Source: an uncultured Nitrososphaerota archaeon (GTDB lineage Archaea; Thermoproteota; Nitrososphaeria; Conexivisphaerales; DTJL01). Taken from it: a DNA stretch of 24,000 nucleotides. A program made the translations under genes and the position numbers. The notes under the pieces were generated by a model, which was not told the DNA's origin, did no database searches, and worked only from the letters and a program-made list of their open reading frames with translations. The DNA lies in NCBI GenBank assembly GCA_963772005.1, contig CAVYVS010000025.1, forward strand, positions 130,471 through 154,470, written 5' to 3'. Numbering within the stretch: the stretch's first letter is position 1; each line of letters opens with the position of its first letter. This document shows, one piece after another, positions 21,483-24,000 of this stretch.

Positions 21483-22571
21483 TTAGGTTTCCCCTTTTGA
21501 AGTGGCCGTACCTAGCGTGTCGAAGTGGGTTCGGCCGGCCGGCTTGCGCGCGACGACGAACCAGAACCCCCCGCCGGCGGGGACGAATCCTATTCCTTTG
21601 AAGCCTGCATCTCCCAGGATGTTCGTTAGCTCCTTCCTCGTCATGAAGCTCGCTCCCTGAAGGGCGAAGTCGAGCTGCATCCCTCTCATCAGTCCAGAGG
21701 TGGGCCCCTTCCAGTCCTCTTCTTCCAAGAGGCCTTCGCCCACGACGACAAAAGCGCCGGGCTTCAGGGCGTCAAAGCACTTCTTGACGGCCTGGGCTCT
21801 CTGCTGCATCACGCAGAGCACCTCGCCCAAGTAGACGAGGTCGAACTCCCCGGAGTAGCGCATGCCTTCGGCAGTTCCCTGTACGAATCTTGTTGATGAT
21901 GTGTGTTGCCGGCTCGCTCTCTGTAGAGCCCTTTCTACAGCTACGTGGTCCGATTCTATCCCTGTGTACTTGGGGTTGGGATACACCTTGCTGATGCGGA
22001 AGATCCACTCTCCGGTCCCTGACCCCACGTCGAGTATTCTGGACTCGCGGAGGAATACGGTCTTTATCTTGGGGTACCTGGGGAGGAGGAGCTTCAGGAA
22101 GGCGGTGTGGTCCCATTTGGTGGCTTCCTTGAAGGCCTCAATGATATGCGGAGCATCTTTGGGCCTGGAACCCTCCTTGAAGAATTCGTCGAAGGCATCA
22201 TAGTCCAGGCTTCGAAGGGCAAGGTAGGAGAACTGCCCTCCGAGGTAATCAGGATGCGTCTCTTCAACCAGCAGCTCCTTCATTCTGTGGGAGACTGCAT
22301 ACCCACCGGCCCGCCTTGAGACCAGCCCAAGGGCGTAGGCCGCTTCACACCAGAGCTTCACCCCCTGCGGGTAAAGTCGGGCCTCTGTGGAGACCCGTTC
22401 CGGGGTCAGAGGCTCCTTCGAATCGGCCAAGGCTTGTAGGATGCCGTACCTGCGACCCAGATGGATGACCCAGACCCGATAGAATCCCTGCGAGCTCTCC
22501 CCCAGCCATTCGTAGTCCAAGGTTCGGTCCAGTTGCCCCAAGGTGGTATTTATCGTTGGCACGGAAGCCAC
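21483..22571 (-). CDS. Class I SAM-dependent methyltransferase with an N-terminal winged-helix/dimerisation-like domain
   Basis: Motif I ILDVGSGTGEW, post-I acidic residue (TGIESD) and motif IV-like DLVYLGEVL. The N-terminal about 110 aa (YRVWVIHLGRRYGILQALADSKEPLTPERVS...) resemble the wHTH domain of O-methyltransferase-type enzymes. GTG start. Confidence 0.8.
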   Translation of the reverse strand: MASVPTINTTLGQLDRTLDYEWLGESSQGFYRVWVIHLGRRYGILQALADSKEPLTPERVSTEARLYPQGVKLWCEAAYALGLVSRRAGGYAVSHRMKELLVEETHPDYLGGQFSYLALRSLDYDAFDEFFKEGSRPKDAPHIIEAFKEATKWDHTAFLKLLLPRYPKIKTVFLRESRILDVGSGTGEWIFRISKVYPNPKYTGIESDHVAVERALQRASRQHTSSTRFVQGTAEGMRYSGEFDLVYLGEVLCVMQQRAQAVKKCFDALKPGAFVVVGEGLLEEEDWKGPTSGLMRGMQLDFALQGASFMTRKELTNILGDAGFKGIGFVPAGGGFWFVVARKPAGRTHFDTLGTATSKGET

Positions 22572-22727
22572 ACCCCCAGAGCGTGCAGGCTGGGGGCCAG
22601 CGCGACGCTATGGAGCTACACGCAATTGGACATCCCGAGTAGCCTGACCCAGGCGATAGTCGGAGCGATGGTGGTCCTGTCCATAGACCGCAAGCCGTCG
22701 ATGGTCAACATAACTGTGGTCTACTAA

Positions 22728-23432
22728 TTGATCGGCTCGTGGGTCTTCCTCCTCCTGTCCTCCCTCTCGGTGGCCTTCCTGGTAGGCCTCATACCATTAC
22801 CGGCAGGGAGTACCCCGCCTCCTTCTCAGAGGATTGAGGGAGCCCTTTCCTCGGTTCCCCAACTTTATAACACCACCAGGTCCTATTGGTGGCGACTCTT
22901 GCCAAAGCTGCTAATCTTCTGCGGCATCCCCGGATCTGGCAAGTCGACAATCGCCAAGCTGGTGGCAAAGACGCTACAAGGCACAGTGCACATTCAGACC
23001 GACGCGGTGCGACTCATGATTTCCGAACCCCTCTACGACAACTATGAATCGGAATTCGTCTATTCCGCAATCATAGCTCTTGCCGGAGAGGCTCTAGCCC
23101 GAGGTTACAACGCGATACTCGACGGCACGTTCTTACGCGAACAGTACAGGAGGGACGCTCTAAAGCGCCTGCGAGGAGCGTACGATTCCTATCTAGTGGT
23201 CTACCTGTACTGCGACGTGCCCACAGCCTACCAGAGGAACACATTGCGCAAGGCGACCGTTCCACAGGGAAGGTTCAACCAGATGCTTCCAAGAATCCAA
23301 GTTCCGGCCAACGCCCTGAGGATTGACACCGGCAAGATCCCCGCCCAACAGGCGGCAGAAACCATCATCCGCCAGATGGGCGAGAGCGAAAGAGATTCGT
23401 CGAAGCGTTGGGACCGACCCAAGGTCGCGTAA
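22728..23432 (+). CDS. P-loop NTPase/kinase (AAA_33 / PSTK-KTI12 / zeta-toxin-like small kinase fold)
   Basis: Walker A FCGIPGSGKST right after a beta-strand (KLLIF), followed by IQTDAVR and ILDGTF (Walker B-like). The first about 57 aa of the ORF-track model are hydrophobic or low-complexity. An alternative TTG start at 22899 (MPKLLIFCGIPGSGKST) sits about 32 nt downstream of TTTATAA (22864-22870). Confidence 0.7.
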   Translation: MIGSWVFLLLSSLSVAFLVGLIPLPAGSTPPPSQRIEGALSSVPQLYNTTRSYWWRLLPKLLIFCGIPGSGKSTIAKLVAKTLQGTVHIQTDAVRLMISEPLYDNYESEFVYSAIIALAGEALARGYNAILDGTFLREQYRRDALKRLRGAYDSYLVVYLYCDVPTAYQRNTLRKATVPQGRFNQMLPRIQVPANALRIDTGKIPAQQAAETIIRQMGESERDSSKRWDRPKVA

Positions 23433-23495
23433 AGCTCTGAGCGACGTCCATGACGCATGCGAATAGCGCGGTAATGCAGGCTGGGAGAGGCTCCC

Positions 23496-24000
23496 TCACG
23501 TCGTCATGTAGCTCAGCTTCAACCTTTCATACTTCAGGGTCAGTTGCACCACGAAGTCGGAGGCTTCGATGGCCACCGCCGGGGCTGGGACGAGCACGTT
23601 TCCGCCCACGGTCGCCCTGACCCCCGCCCTGGCCTTCGTAAGCTTGAGGTACTTGACGCGCTCCTCTTCGTCGAGCATGGTCAGCGTATCGACGAGGAAA
23701 TGGAGGTGGTAGACCGCCTGGCTGACGTCGAAGGCCAGGGCCTTCATTTCGGGAGAGGAGTATTCGGCGGCGTACTCCTCCGGCTTCAACATCTTCTGGA
23801 GCAGGTTGGTGCTCTCCGAGCCGAAGGCCGCGGAAAGCCAAGTCGCCCCCACCTCACCGGCGACCGTAGCCCAATCCGCGAGGACGTCGTCCAAGAGCTG
23901 GCCCGACTGCTCCACCGAGGCCACGTAGTCCCCCCTAGCCAGCGCCTCCTCCGAAGCCAAAGCCACTTCCTTCCACTCATGGTTCTTTATCTGGAGGGCC
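23496..24000 (-). CDS. Hypothetical helical protein; gene continues beyond the right edge of the window
   Basis: The minus-strand frame stays open to base 24000 (…ALQIKNHEWKEVALASEEALARGDY…), so the GTG at 23966 is not necessarily the start. Acidic helical sequence; no family recognised. Confidence 0.5.
   Translation of the reverse strand, partial: ALQIKNHEWKEVALASEEALARGDYVASVEQSGQLLDDVLADWATVAGEVGATWLSAAFGSESTNLLQKMLKPEEYAAEYSSPEMKALAFDVSQAVYHLHFLVDTLTMLDEEERVKYLKLTKARAGVRATVGGNVLVPAPAVAIEASDFVVQLTLKYERLKLSYMTT

Noticed and set aside
1-24000. CRISPR arrays, IS elements, terminal inverted repeats, rRNA genes, toxin-antitoxin pairs or known defence-system genes.
   Set aside because: Scanning by eye, I saw no regularly spaced direct repeats, no transposase, integrase or Cas-like ORFs, and no pairs of small overlapping ORFs with TA-like features. 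This eye scan cannot exclude short or degenerate repeats.

Overview
This window reads as a GC-rich archaeal chromosomal segment of housekeeping and accessory metabolism genes. I see no CRISPR array, rRNA, transposase, integrase or recognisable defence system.

Archaeal hallmarks visible in the sequence:
- an Hjc-type Holliday-junction resolvase homologue
- a tRNA-Val gene with a 20-nt intron in the anticodon loop
- a class II HMG-CoA reductase
- a solute-binding protein with an N-terminal membrane anchor and a Thr-rich stalk
- A/T-rich TATA-like boxes centred about 25-30 nt upstream of many start codons, i.e. leaderless-type promoters

A class II HMGR in an archaeon fits Thermoplasmata- or Archaeoglobi-type lineages, but that is inference only.

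Gene content, left to right:
- membrane protein C-terminus, MBL-fold hydrolase, hjc-like nuclease
- cyclic amidohydrolase (split), GyrI-like protein, CMD/AhpD-like protein
- a minus-strand block: LLM flavin/F420 oxidoreductase (split), then a NitT/TauT-type ABC importer (binding protein, ATPase, two paralogous permeases)
- Cys-rich orphan, class II HMGR (split), tRNA-Val, MFS transporter
- a minus-strand run: CDGSH Fe-S protein (split), small membrane ORF, zinc-ribbon protein, HemG-like flavodoxin
- DeoD-type nucleoside phosphorylase, two hypotheticals, wHTH protein
- a translationally coupled pair: a C-terminally short UDP-sugar-dehydrogenase-like gene and a chitin/hyaluronan-synthase-like GT2
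- membrane protein, CBS-pair protein, SAM methyltransferase, P-loop kinase, and a hypothetical running off the right edge

Main observations:
1. Four conserved genes (possibly five) are each interrupted by a single-nucleotide frame disruption. One is the normally indispensable HMGR. This looks more like consensus indel error than biology, but it needs read-level checking.
2. The dehydrogenase-like/GT2 synthase pair is the best candidate for an undescribed polysaccharide module.
3. The CDGSH to flavodoxin cluster is a candidate small redox module.

I cannot demonstrate a new system from sequence alone. These are ranked hypotheses.
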